Source of the DNA: Castellaniella sp.
GTDB taxonomy: Bacteria; Pseudomonadota; Gammaproteobacteria; Burkholderiales; Burkholderiaceae_B
Reading direction: 5' to 3'
Assembly: GCF_034007085.1 (NCBI RefSeq)
Contig: NZ_JAVERO010000001.1
Coordinates: 2,991 to 66,990 of the forward strand
Length of the DNA: 64,000 nt
This document shows positions 41,272 to 49,153 of this stretch, piece by piece; the stretch's first letter is position 1; every line of letters begins with the position of its first letter. A program made the position numbers and the translations under genes. Below the pieces are notes generated by a model. That model did not search any database and was not told where the DNA came from. It was given only the letters and a program-made list of their open reading frames with translations.

Positions 41272-42774
41272 TCAGCCTTCGTCGATCGCGGCCGCCATGG
41301 CGCCGGAGCGCTGTGGCAGGCCCCGGGTGCGGCTCAGGCGTTCCAGGTAGGCGGCATCGATGTCACCGGTGACGTAGCGCCCATTGAAGCAGGATGACTC
41401 AAATGATCGCAGGGCGGGATTCAGGTCGCGCAGGGATTGTTCCAGGTCATCCAGATCCTGGTAGACGAGGCCATCGGCACCGATTTCGCGGGCGATCTGG
41501 GCCTCGTCGCGCCCGGTGGCGATCAGTTCCGCCTGGGTCGGCATGTCGATGCCATAGACGTTCGGATAGCGGACGGCAGGCGCCGCCGAGGCAAAGAAGA
41601 CCTTGTGCGCCCCCGCGGCCCGGGCCATATCGACGATTTCGCGGCTGGTGGTGCCACGCACGATGGAATCATCGACCAGCAGCACATTCTTGCCGCGGAA
41701 TTCCATGTCGATGGCGCTGAGTTTCTGGCGCACGGATTTCTTGCGCACGGCCTGGCCGGGCATGATGAAGGTGCGGCCGACGTAACGGTTCTTGATGAAC
41801 CCTTCGCGATAGTTCAGGCCCAGGCGCGCGGCCAGCTGCATGGCCGAAGGCCGCGAGGAATCGGGGATCGGCATGACGACGTCCACATCGCCCAGGCGCA
41901 GGGATTTGGCGACCTTGTCCGCCAGATATTCACCCATGTGCAGGCGCGCATCGTAGATCGACACCCCGTCCATCAGGGAATCCGGCCGGGCGAAATAGAC
42001 GTATTCAAAGACACAGGGCGTATGTTCCAGCCCTGAGTCCGCACAGGCCTCGGCGCTGAATTCGCCGTCTTCCGTGATGACGATGGCCTCGCCGGGGGCG
42101 ATGTCGCGTACCAGCGAAAAACCGCTGCCGGTCAGGGCCACGGATTCAGAGGCCAGCATCCATTCAGGCCCGGATTCCGTATCATGGCGACCCAGGCACA
42201 GGGGCCGGATGCCGTGCGGATCGCGGAACGCCACCAGGCCGAAGCTGCTGATGTTGGCAATGACCGCATAGGCGCCCTTGGCGCGCCGATGCACCGCACG
42301 CACCGCCTGGAACACCGCGTTGGCATCCAGCGTTACGCCGTTGGACGCCTGCTGCAGTTCGTGGGCGAAGACGTTGAGCAGGACCTCGGAATCGGAATTG
42401 GTGTTGATATGACGCCGATCGTGCTTGAACAGGGATTCGCGCAGTTCGCGCCAGTTGGTCAGGTTGCCATTGTGCACAAAGGTGATGCCGAACGGTGCGT
42501 TCACGTAAAAGGGCTGGGCTTCGTCCACGCTGGCGCTGGAACCCGCCGTGGGGTAGCGTACCTGTCCGACACCGCTGTTGCCAGGCAGCGCACGCATGTT
42601 GCGCGTGCGAAACACATCGCGCACCAGGCCGTGGGCCTTGTGCATGCTGAAGAACTGATCATGCGCGGTGGCGATGCCGGCCGCATCCTGGCCCCGGTGC
42701 TGCAGCAGCAGCAGGCTGTCATAGATCAGTTGATTGACGGGGCCGCGCCCCATCACACCCACGATTCCGCACAT
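41272..42774 (-). CDS. purF: Amidophosphoribosyltransferase
   Basis: MCGIVGV N-terminal nucleophile and LVDDSIVRGTT PRPP motif; 500 aa. Confidence 0.95.
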   Translation of the reverse strand: MCGIVGVMGRGPVNQLIYDSLLLLQHRGQDAAGIATAHDQFFSMHKAHGLVRDVFRTRNMRALPGNSGVGQVRYPTAGSSASVDEAQPFYVNAPFGITFVHNGNLTNWRELRESLFKHDRRHINTNSDSEVLLNVFAHELQQASNGVTLDANAVFQAVRAVHRRAKGAYAVIANISSFGLVAFRDPHGIRPLCLGRHDTESGPEWMLASESVALTGSGFSLVRDIAPGEAIVITEDGEFSAEACADSGLEHTPCVFEYVYFARPDSLMDGVSIYDARLHMGEYLADKVAKSLRLGDVDVVMPIPDSSRPSAMQLAARLGLNYREGFIKNRYVGRTFIMPGQAVRKKSVRQKLSAIDMEFRGKNVLLVDDSIVRGTTSREIVDMARAAGAHKVFFASAAPAVRYPNVYGIDMPTQAELIATGRDEAQIAREIGADGLVYQDLDDLEQSLRDLNPALRSFESSCFNGRYVTGDIDAAYLERLSRTRGLPQRSGAMAAAIDEG

Positions 42775-42789
42775 AAGAATGAATTCCGG

Positions 42790-43278
42790 CTAATAGGGAA
42801 GCAGTTCTGCCACCTGGATCGGCAACAGTGATTTGACTTGCTGGAAACCCCGGACAGCCGCTGCCGATGTACGGGCGTTCTGCCACCAGGGTTCCTGGGG
42901 AAGCTGAGTGTAGCCTGCCAGCCCCACCAGGGCCAGGACGAGCACCATGCCGCGCACGGCGCCAAACAGTGCGCCCAGACCGTGATCGGCTGGCGTCAGG
43001 CCGGTGCGATCCACCAGTGCGCCCAGCGCCATGTTCAACAGGCCGACCACCAGCAAGGCCAGGATGAAGACTGCCCCATAGGCCGCCAGGGCGCGCAGCA
43101 GGCCATTGTCGACCAATCCCGTCAACCAGTCCGATGCGCCCGGTCCCCACCAGATGGCAGCGACAAAAGCGGCAATATAGGCGATCAGTGACAGGACTTC
43201 GCGCAGGAAGCCGCGCAACAGGCCGATCAAGGTCGAGACAACTACCACGGCCAGGACGAAGTAATCGAAACTGGTCAC
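42790..43278 (-). CDS. cvpA: Colicin V production membrane protein CvpA
   Basis: 162-aa 4-TM protein, MTSFDYFVLAVVVVSTLIGLLRGFLRE, between the SPOR protein gene and purF. Confidence 0.88.
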   Translation of the reverse strand: MTSFDYFVLAVVVVSTLIGLLRGFLREVLSLIAYIAAFVAAIWWGPGASDWLTGLVDNGLLRALAAYGAVFILALLVVGLLNMALGALVDRTGLTPADHGLGALFGAVRGMVLVLALVGLAGYTQLPQEPWWQNARTSAAAVRGFQQVKSLLPIQVAELLPY

Positions 43279-44099
43279 TTGCCGGAGATCAGGCCGTTCT
43301 GGTAGCCCAGGGCCCGGAGTCGGGCCTGGGCTGCCTGGGCGGCTTCGTGAGAGCCGAAGGGGCCCACGCGCAGCCGGTAGACCGTGCGGCCGTTGGATTG
43401 GCCGCGTTCGACGTACGCATCAGTGACGCCGGCTTGGCGCAGACTGTCGCGCCGTGCCTGGGCATCCTGTTCAGTTGTGTAGGCGGCAACCTGCAGATAA
43501 TAGCGGCCCCCAGTGGCGGCGCGCGACCCGGAACTGGCCGCAGGCGGTGTCTTGCCAGCCAGCAGGGCCAGGGCGACAGAACCATCGTCGGTGCGTTCGA
43601 CCGGCGCCCGAGCGGCGGCGGGTTTTTCTGTGCCGGGCCGATCAGCAGCCTTGCGAGCGTCTGCGACCGGTTTTTCGCGCGTCGGCTCGGGGGGAGCTGG
43701 TGCAGGTTCGGCGGGTGCGGGTTCGGGGGCCGCCGCAATCGCTGGCGCCGGGGGCTGGTCCGGCGCAGCGGGGGGAACCGCAGGGCTGGCACCGACAGCA
43801 GGCGCTGAAGGAACCGGATCCTGGGCAGCGCCGCCCGAAGCGTCTGGCTGCATGGCGGGGGGGTCGGTGGCCGGCGGCAAGCCAGCCACCGGCGCTGGCA
43901 CCACGATCGGGGCGTGGGCATCATCAGGGACGGGTTCGTCGAACAGCCAGGGCACGATGATGAACGCCGTCAACACCAGCGCCAGTGCGCCGATCAGACG
44001 CCGGCGGGCTTTCACGCGCAGTTCACGGAGCTGGGCTTCGGTTCCCGTGGATCGCGCCGGGGCGCGTTGTCCGGTTTCGGTTCCCTTGCGAAAAAACAT
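43275..44099 (-). CDS. SPOR-domain cell-division protein (DedD-like)
   Basis: N-terminal TM, long Pro/Ala-rich linker and C-terminal SPOR domain (YYLQVAAYTTEQDAQ...YRLRVGPFGSHEAAQ). Confidence 0.8.
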   Translation of the reverse strand: MFFRKGTETGQRAPARSTGTEAQLRELRVKARRRLIGALALVLTAFIIVPWLFDEPVPDDAHAPIVVPAPVAGLPPATDPPAMQPDASGGAAQDPVPSAPAVGASPAVPPAAPDQPPAPAIAAAPEPAPAEPAPAPPEPTREKPVADARKAADRPGTEKPAAARAPVERTDDGSVALALLAGKTPPAASSGSRAATGGRYYLQVAAYTTEQDAQARRDSLRQAGVTDAYVERGQSNGRTVYRLRVGPFGSHEAAQAAQARLRALGYQNGLISGK

Positions 44100-44145
44100 C
44101 GTGCAGCCAACCCATCAAAAGTGGCGGATCGGCCTTCCGGCCCGA

Positions 44146-45558
44146 TCAGGACAGGACATCCCGGCCTTCGCGGCGCAGCACGTCAAGCACAGGGCCGACC
44201 GTGGCAAACGATCCAAACACGAGAATTCTATCATTGTCGCCAGCCAGTCTACGGGCCTCGGCAAAGGCTTGTTCCGGACTGTCAAAAGTTGAAACCTGAA
44301 CGTCCCGGGCAGCGATGGCCGGCCGGGGCGCAGGCCGCACGCCAGGCTTGTGCGCAGTAGTAGGCCGCGTGATCTCTTGACTGTGCGCGATGAAGGAATC
44401 CGGCGGTGTCCGGCTGCCGCTGATGCGACGCACGATGGCCGCCAGTTCCTGGGCGCTGGTGCCGCGCGGCCCGCTCAGTGTGGCGCACAGCCAGCGATCG
44501 ACTCGCTGCGCCAGACGCGACAGCGTGGCCTCGATGTCCTTGTCGTTCAACATGCCGACCACCGCATAGGTGTGCGGGTAATGGCCCATGCTGTCCAGAT
44601 TCTGACCCAATGCCGAGATGGCGTGCGGATTGTGCCCCACATCCAGGATGGTGGCCGGCAGGCCCGGCAGGATCTGCATTCGCCCAGGCAGACTGACATG
44701 CAGCAGCCCCTGGCGCACATCCTGCTGGGTGACCACCAGATGGTCGCGCAGGGCTTCCAGGGCCGCCAGGGCCGCCGAGGCATTCAACAGCTGATTGGCG
44801 CCTCGCAGGGCGGGATAGCCCAGTGCATTGCGACGTTGCGTGCGACCGCCGTAGGCCCATTGCTGACGGTCGCCGGAATAATTGAAATCGACCCCGACAC
44901 GCCATAAATCGGCGCCGATCGCAGCAGCATGGTCGATCACGCTTTGCGGCGGGACCGGATCGGCGCAGATAGCGGGCTTGCCTGCCCGGAAGACATGAGC
45001 CTTTTCCAGACCGATGGCCTCGCGGGTATCCCCCAGGTACTGCATATGGTCCAGATCGACACTGGTCAGGATCGCGCAGTCGGTATCGATCAGGTTGACC
45101 GCATCCAGCCGGCCGCCCAGGCCGACTTCCAGAACCACGACGTCCAGCTGACTGGCCTGGAACAGCAGCAAAGCGGCCAGCGTGCTCATCTCGAAATAGG
45201 TCAAGGTCGTCTGCCCCAGGACCGATTGGATGCGCTCGAACTGCGCCACGATCGCTTCATCGGAAGCATCCTCGCCATTGACGCGGATGCGTTCGTTGAA
45301 ACGCAACAAATGGGGCGATGTGTACTTGCCGACCTTGTAGCCCGCTGCAAGCAGCATGGATTCCAGCATGGCGCAGGTGGACCCCTTGCCATTGGTGCCC
45401 GCCACCGTGATCTTGGTGCAATCCAGGGACAGAGCCAGGCGCTGGGCCACGGCGCGAATGCGGTCCAGGCCCAGATCGATGGCCTTGGGATGCAGGGTTT
45501 CGAGATAGGCCAGCCAGTCGGCCAGCGCGGCGCCCGGGGCAGGAGCGGAAAGGGACAT
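44146..45558 (-). CDS. folC: Bifunctional folylpolyglutamate synthase / dihydrofolate synthase
   Basis: VAGTNGKGST P-loop and Mur-ligase architecture. Start at MSLSAPAPG. About 40 extra residues lie near the C-terminus. Confidence 0.88.
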   Translation of the reverse strand: MSLSAPAPGAALADWLAYLETLHPKAIDLGLDRIRAVAQRLALSLDCTKITVAGTNGKGSTCAMLESMLLAAGYKVGKYTSPHLLRFNERIRVNGEDASDEAIVAQFERIQSVLGQTTLTYFEMSTLAALLLFQASQLDVVVLEVGLGGRLDAVNLIDTDCAILTSVDLDHMQYLGDTREAIGLEKAHVFRAGKPAICADPVPPQSVIDHAAAIGADLWRVGVDFNYSGDRQQWAYGGRTQRRNALGYPALRGANQLLNASAALAALEALRDHLVVTQQDVRQGLLHVSLPGRMQILPGLPATILDVGHNPHAISALGQNLDSMGHYPHTYAVVGMLNDKDIEATLSRLAQRVDRWLCATLSGPRGTSAQELAAIVRRISGSRTPPDSFIAHSQEITRPTTAHKPGVRPAPRPAIAARDVQVSTFDSPEQAFAEARRLAGDNDRILVFGSFATVGPVLDVLRREGRDVLS

Positions 45559-45580
45559 GAGTGGACTTCGGCAATCAACA

Positions 45581-45610
45581 ACGGCAGGTGCCGATATTAG
45601 CACCTGCCGT
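45581..45610 (-). terminator. Probable intrinsic terminator after lpd (11-bp perfect stem, 8-nt loop)
   Basis: ACGGCAGGTGC-CGATATTA-GCACCTGCCGT lies 75 nt after the lpd stop. The minus-strand RNA continues UGUUGAUUG. It is only 22 nt upstream of the folC ATG. Confidence 0.55.
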
Positions 45611-45685
45611 CAGGGAATACGCCGGGCAAACCTGTTGTCCACAAGGCGGTCACGTGCCGCCCGCAGACCACGCAGCATGGGGCGT

Positions 45686-47446
45686 TTATTTCTTTCGCGC
45701 GGGGGGCACGTCCGTGCAATGACCATCGGCGACCTCGGCGGCCATGCCGATCGATTCGCCCAGGGTCGGATGCGGGTGGATGGTCTTGCCGATGTCCACG
45801 GAATCCGCACCCATTTCGATGGCCAGGGCAATTTCCCCGATCAGGTCGCCCGCATGGGTGCCCACGATCCCACCGCCCAGGATCCGGCCGGTTTGCGCAT
45901 CGAACAGCAGCTTGGTAAAGCCTTCATCGCGGCCATTGGCAATGGCTCGACCCGAAGCCTGCCACGGAAACAGCCCCTTTTTGAGAGTGATGCCGTCGTT
46001 TCTGGCGGCCTCCTCGGTCACGCCGACCCAGGCCACTTCAGGGTCGGTATAGGCCACCGAGGGGATCACGCGCGCATCGAAGAAGGACTTGTGGCCGGCG
46101 ATGGCTTCGGCGGCCACGTGCGCCTCGTGAACCGCCTTGTGCGCCAGCATGGGCTGGCCGACGATGTCGCCGATGGCGTAGATATGCGGCACATTGGTGC
46201 GCATCTGCTTGTCCACGGCAATGAAGCCCCGGTCGGACACGGCCACACCGGCGTTCTCGGCACCGATCTGCTTGCCGTTGGGTGCACGACCCACGGCCTG
46301 CAGCACCAGATCATAGCGCTGAGGGTCCTTGGGCGCGGCTTCGCCTTCGAAGGTGACCCAGATGCCGTCGTCCCGGGCTTCGGCGGCAACAGTCCGGGTT
46401 TTGAGCATGACGTGATCGAAACGCCTGGCATTCATCTTGTCCCAGACCTTGACCAGATCGCGGTCGGCGCCAGTCATCAGGGTAGGCAGCATTTCGACCA
46501 CATCCAGGCGGGCGCCCAGCGCGGAATAGACCGTGCCCATTTCCAGGCCGATGATGCCGCCGCCGATGATCAACATGCGTTCAGGCACGGATTTCAGGGC
46601 CAGCGCCCCCGTGGAATCGACGATGCGCGGATCGTCCGGCAGGAACGGCAGTTTCACCGACTGGCTGCCGGCCGCGATGATGGCTGCCGCGAATTTGACC
46701 GTCACCTGACTGCCATCGGCCTTGGCTACCGTCAGATGATGCGGGTCGGCAAAGGCGCCCACACCCTGGATGACCGTGACCTTGCGGGCCTTGGCCATGC
46801 CCGCCAGGCCGCCGGTCAGCTTGCCCACCACCGAATCCTTGTAGCCGCGCAGCTTGTCCAGATCGATCGCCGGCTTGCCAAAAGCGATGCCGTGGGCCGC
46901 CAGCGATTGAGCTTCTTCCAGCACGCCGACGGTGTGCAGCAGCGCCTTGGAGGGGATGCAGCCCACGTTCAGGCAGACCCCACCCAAGGTGGCGTAGCGT
47001 TCCACCAGGACGACCTTCAGGCCCAGGTCGGCGGCGCGGAAAGCGGCTGAATAGCCACCAGGCCCTGCCCCCAGCACCAGGACGTCATATTCGCTGTCGG
47101 CAGCGCCGGAGAACTGCGCGGGGGCTGGGGCCGGCGCAGTCTGGGAGGCGGCCGGCGCAGGCGCTGCGGCTGCCGCGCCGGGAGCAGGCTGGACCGCAGC
47201 CTCCCCCTCGGATGCCTCGATGCGGACGATGGGTACCCCCTGGGAAACTTTATCGCCCAGCTTGACGAGGATTTCCTTGACCACCCCACCCTGCTCGGCC
47301 GGGATTTCCATGGAGGCCTTGTCGGACTCGACCGTGATCAGGCTCTGTTCGGCCTGGATGGCATCGCCCACGGCCACCAGGATCTCGATGACTTCGACCG
47401 CATCAAAATCGCCGATGTCGGGGACATTCAGATCGATGAGATTCAT
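45686..47446 (-). CDS. lpdA: Dihydrolipoyl dehydrogenase (E3) with N-terminal lipoyl domain
   Basis: N-terminal lipoyl domain (ESDKASMEIP), then GAGPGGYSAAF FAD motif, redox-active CLNVGCIPSK and the C-terminal dimerisation domain; 586 aa. Confidence 0.92.
   Translation of the reverse strand: MNLIDLNVPDIGDFDAVEVIEILVAVGDAIQAEQSLITVESDKASMEIPAEQGGVVKEILVKLGDKVSQGVPIVRIEASEGEAAVQPAPGAAAAAPAPAASQTAPAPAPAQFSGAADSEYDVLVLGAGPGGYSAAFRAADLGLKVVLVERYATLGGVCLNVGCIPSKALLHTVGVLEEAQSLAAHGIAFGKPAIDLDKLRGYKDSVVGKLTGGLAGMAKARKVTVIQGVGAFADPHHLTVAKADGSQVTVKFAAAIIAAGSQSVKLPFLPDDPRIVDSTGALALKSVPERMLIIGGGIIGLEMGTVYSALGARLDVVEMLPTLMTGADRDLVKVWDKMNARRFDHVMLKTRTVAAEARDDGIWVTFEGEAAPKDPQRYDLVLQAVGRAPNGKQIGAENAGVAVSDRGFIAVDKQMRTNVPHIYAIGDIVGQPMLAHKAVHEAHVAAEAIAGHKSFFDARVIPSVAYTDPEVAWVGVTEEAARNDGITLKKGLFPWQASGRAIANGRDEGFTKLLFDAQTGRILGGGIVGTHAGDLIGEIALAIEMGADSVDIGKTIHPHPTLGESIGMAAEVADGHCTDVPPARKK
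47246..47425 (-). repeat. Lipoyl-domain DNA repeat, copy C (in lpd)
   Basis: About 180 bp, near-identical at the nucleotide level to 48585..48764 and 48936..49115. Confidence 0.85.
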
Positions 47447-47456
47447 GCCGTCCCCC

Positions 47457-49139
47457 TTACAGGATGATGCGGCGGAAGTCCGCCAGCAGACCAGCCAGAT
47501 AGGCGTTGAAACGCGCGGCCGCCGCCCCGTCGATCACGCGATGGTCGTAGGACAGCGACAGCGGCAGCATCAGGCGCGGCTGAAAGGCCTGTCCATCCCA
47601 GACCGGTTGCATGGTCGAACGCGACACGCCCAGGATGGCCACCTCGGGCGCGTTGATGATGGGCGTGAAGTCCGTGCCGCCGATCCCGCCCAGGGACGAG
47701 ATCGAAAAGCAGCCCCCCTGCATCTGCGACGGCGAGAGCTTGCCTGCGCGCGCCAGACTGGCCAGTTCGGCGGTTTCTGCCGCCAATGCCAGCACGCCTT
47801 TCCTGTCGGCATCCCGGATCACCGGCACCACCAGTCCGTTGGGCGTATCGGCTGCGAAGCCGATATGGAAATACTGCTTGAGCACCAGATTGTCGCCGTC
47901 CAGCGAGGCATTGAATTCAGGGAATTTTTTCAATGCGGCGACCACCGCCTTGATCAGGAAGGCCAGCATGGTGACCTTGGCGCCGGATTGCTTGTTTTCC
48001 GCGTTCAACTGCTGACGCAAGGCTTCCAGTTCGGTGATGTCCGCCACGTCGTTATTGGTCACGTGCGGGATCATGACCCAATTGCGGTGCAGATTGGCGC
48101 CGGAAATTTTCTTGATGCGCGACAACGGCCTGGTCTGGATTGCGCCGAACTTGGCGAAATCGACCTTGGGCCAGCCAAGCACGCTGAAGCCGCTGCCTGC
48201 CGGCACCGTCGAACCCACGGGGCTGACGCCACCGGTAGCCAGGGCCTGCTTGACGTAGGCACGCACATCGTCGGCCGTAATGCGATTCTTGGGACCGCTG
48301 CCCGTCACCTGGGTCAGATTGACGCCCAATTCCCGGGCGAACCGCCGCACCGAAGGCGATGCATGCGGCAAATTGCGCAGCGGGACCTCGGCCTCGGCAA
48401 ACGAGGCCGTCGGAGACGTCCGTTCCGGCGCGCTGGATGCCATGGCTGGCGCGGGCGACGGGGCCACCGGCGCAGCCAAGGTTTCCGGTGCCGGTGTAGC
48501 AGAGGTTTCCGGTGCCGCAGCGAGCACCGGGGCCTGGGCTGCGCCGCCCGTGGTTTCCACTACCAGGATTTCCGTGCCCTGCGAGACCTTGTCGCCCAAT
48601 TTGACGAGGATTTCCTTGACCACCCCGCCGACCGGGGCGGGGATTTCCATGGAGGCCTTGTCGGATTCGACCGTGATCAGGCTCTGTTCGGCCTGGATGG
48701 TATCGCCCACGGCCACCAGGATCTCGATGACTTCGACCGCATCGAAATCACCGATGTCGGGCACGACCACGGCTTGCGTACCCCCTGCAGCGACCGGCGC
48801 CGCAGGCGCGGCAGGGGAAACTTCGGCCTGGACGGCTTGCGCCGCTGCGGCAGCTGATGCAGGCGCGGTGGCCGCCGCAGGCGGAACCGTCGCGGCATCC
48901 GAGGCCTCGATTTTCAGGATGACCGCGCCCTCGCCCACCTTGTCACCCAGTTTGACCAGGATTTCCTTGACCACCCCGCCCTGCGAAGCGGGGATTTCCA
49001 TGGAGGCCTTGTCGGATTCGACCGTGATCAGGCTCTGTTCGGCCTGGATGGTATCGCCCACGGCCACCAGGATCTCGATGACCTCGACCGCATCGAAATC
49101 GCCGATGTCGGGGACCTTGATTTCCACGATAGTGCTCAT
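47457..49139 (-). CDS. aceF: Pyruvate dehydrogenase E2, dihydrolipoyllysine-residue acetyltransferase (two lipoyl domains)
   Basis: Two lipoyl domains, Ala/Pro linkers, a peripheral subunit-binding domain (ASPSVRRFARELGVNL) and a catalytic domain with DHRVIDGA. Start at MSTIVEIKVPDIG. Confidence 0.93.
   Translation of the reverse strand: MSTIVEIKVPDIGDFDAVEVIEILVAVGDTIQAEQSLITVESDKASMEIPASQGGVVKEILVKLGDKVGEGAVILKIEASDAATVPPAAATAPASAAAAAQAVQAEVSPAAPAAPVAAGGTQAVVVPDIGDFDAVEVIEILVAVGDTIQAEQSLITVESDKASMEIPAPVGGVVKEILVKLGDKVSQGTEILVVETTGGAAQAPVLAAAPETSATPAPETLAAPVAPSPAPAMASSAPERTSPTASFAEAEVPLRNLPHASPSVRRFARELGVNLTQVTGSGPKNRITADDVRAYVKQALATGGVSPVGSTVPAGSGFSVLGWPKVDFAKFGAIQTRPLSRIKKISGANLHRNWVMIPHVTNNDVADITELEALRQQLNAENKQSGAKVTMLAFLIKAVVAALKKFPEFNASLDGDNLVLKQYFHIGFAADTPNGLVVPVIRDADRKGVLALAAETAELASLARAGKLSPSQMQGGCFSISSLGGIGGTDFTPIINAPEVAILGVSRSTMQPVWDGQAFQPRLMLPLSLSYDHRVIDGAAAARFNAYLAGLLADFRRIIL
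48585..48764 (-). repeat. Lipoyl-domain DNA repeat, copy B (aceF domain 2)
   Basis: Encodes VPDIGDFDAVEVIEILVAVGDTIQAEQSLITVESDKASMEIPA..GGVVKEILVKLGDKV. Only a few nucleotide differences from copy A. Confidence 0.85.
48936..49115 (-). repeat. Lipoyl-domain DNA repeat, copy A (aceF domain 1)
   Basis: Same 60-codon block as copies B and C, with synonymous positions largely identical. Confidence 0.85.
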
Positions 49140-49153
49140 GTCCTGTGTCCTCC

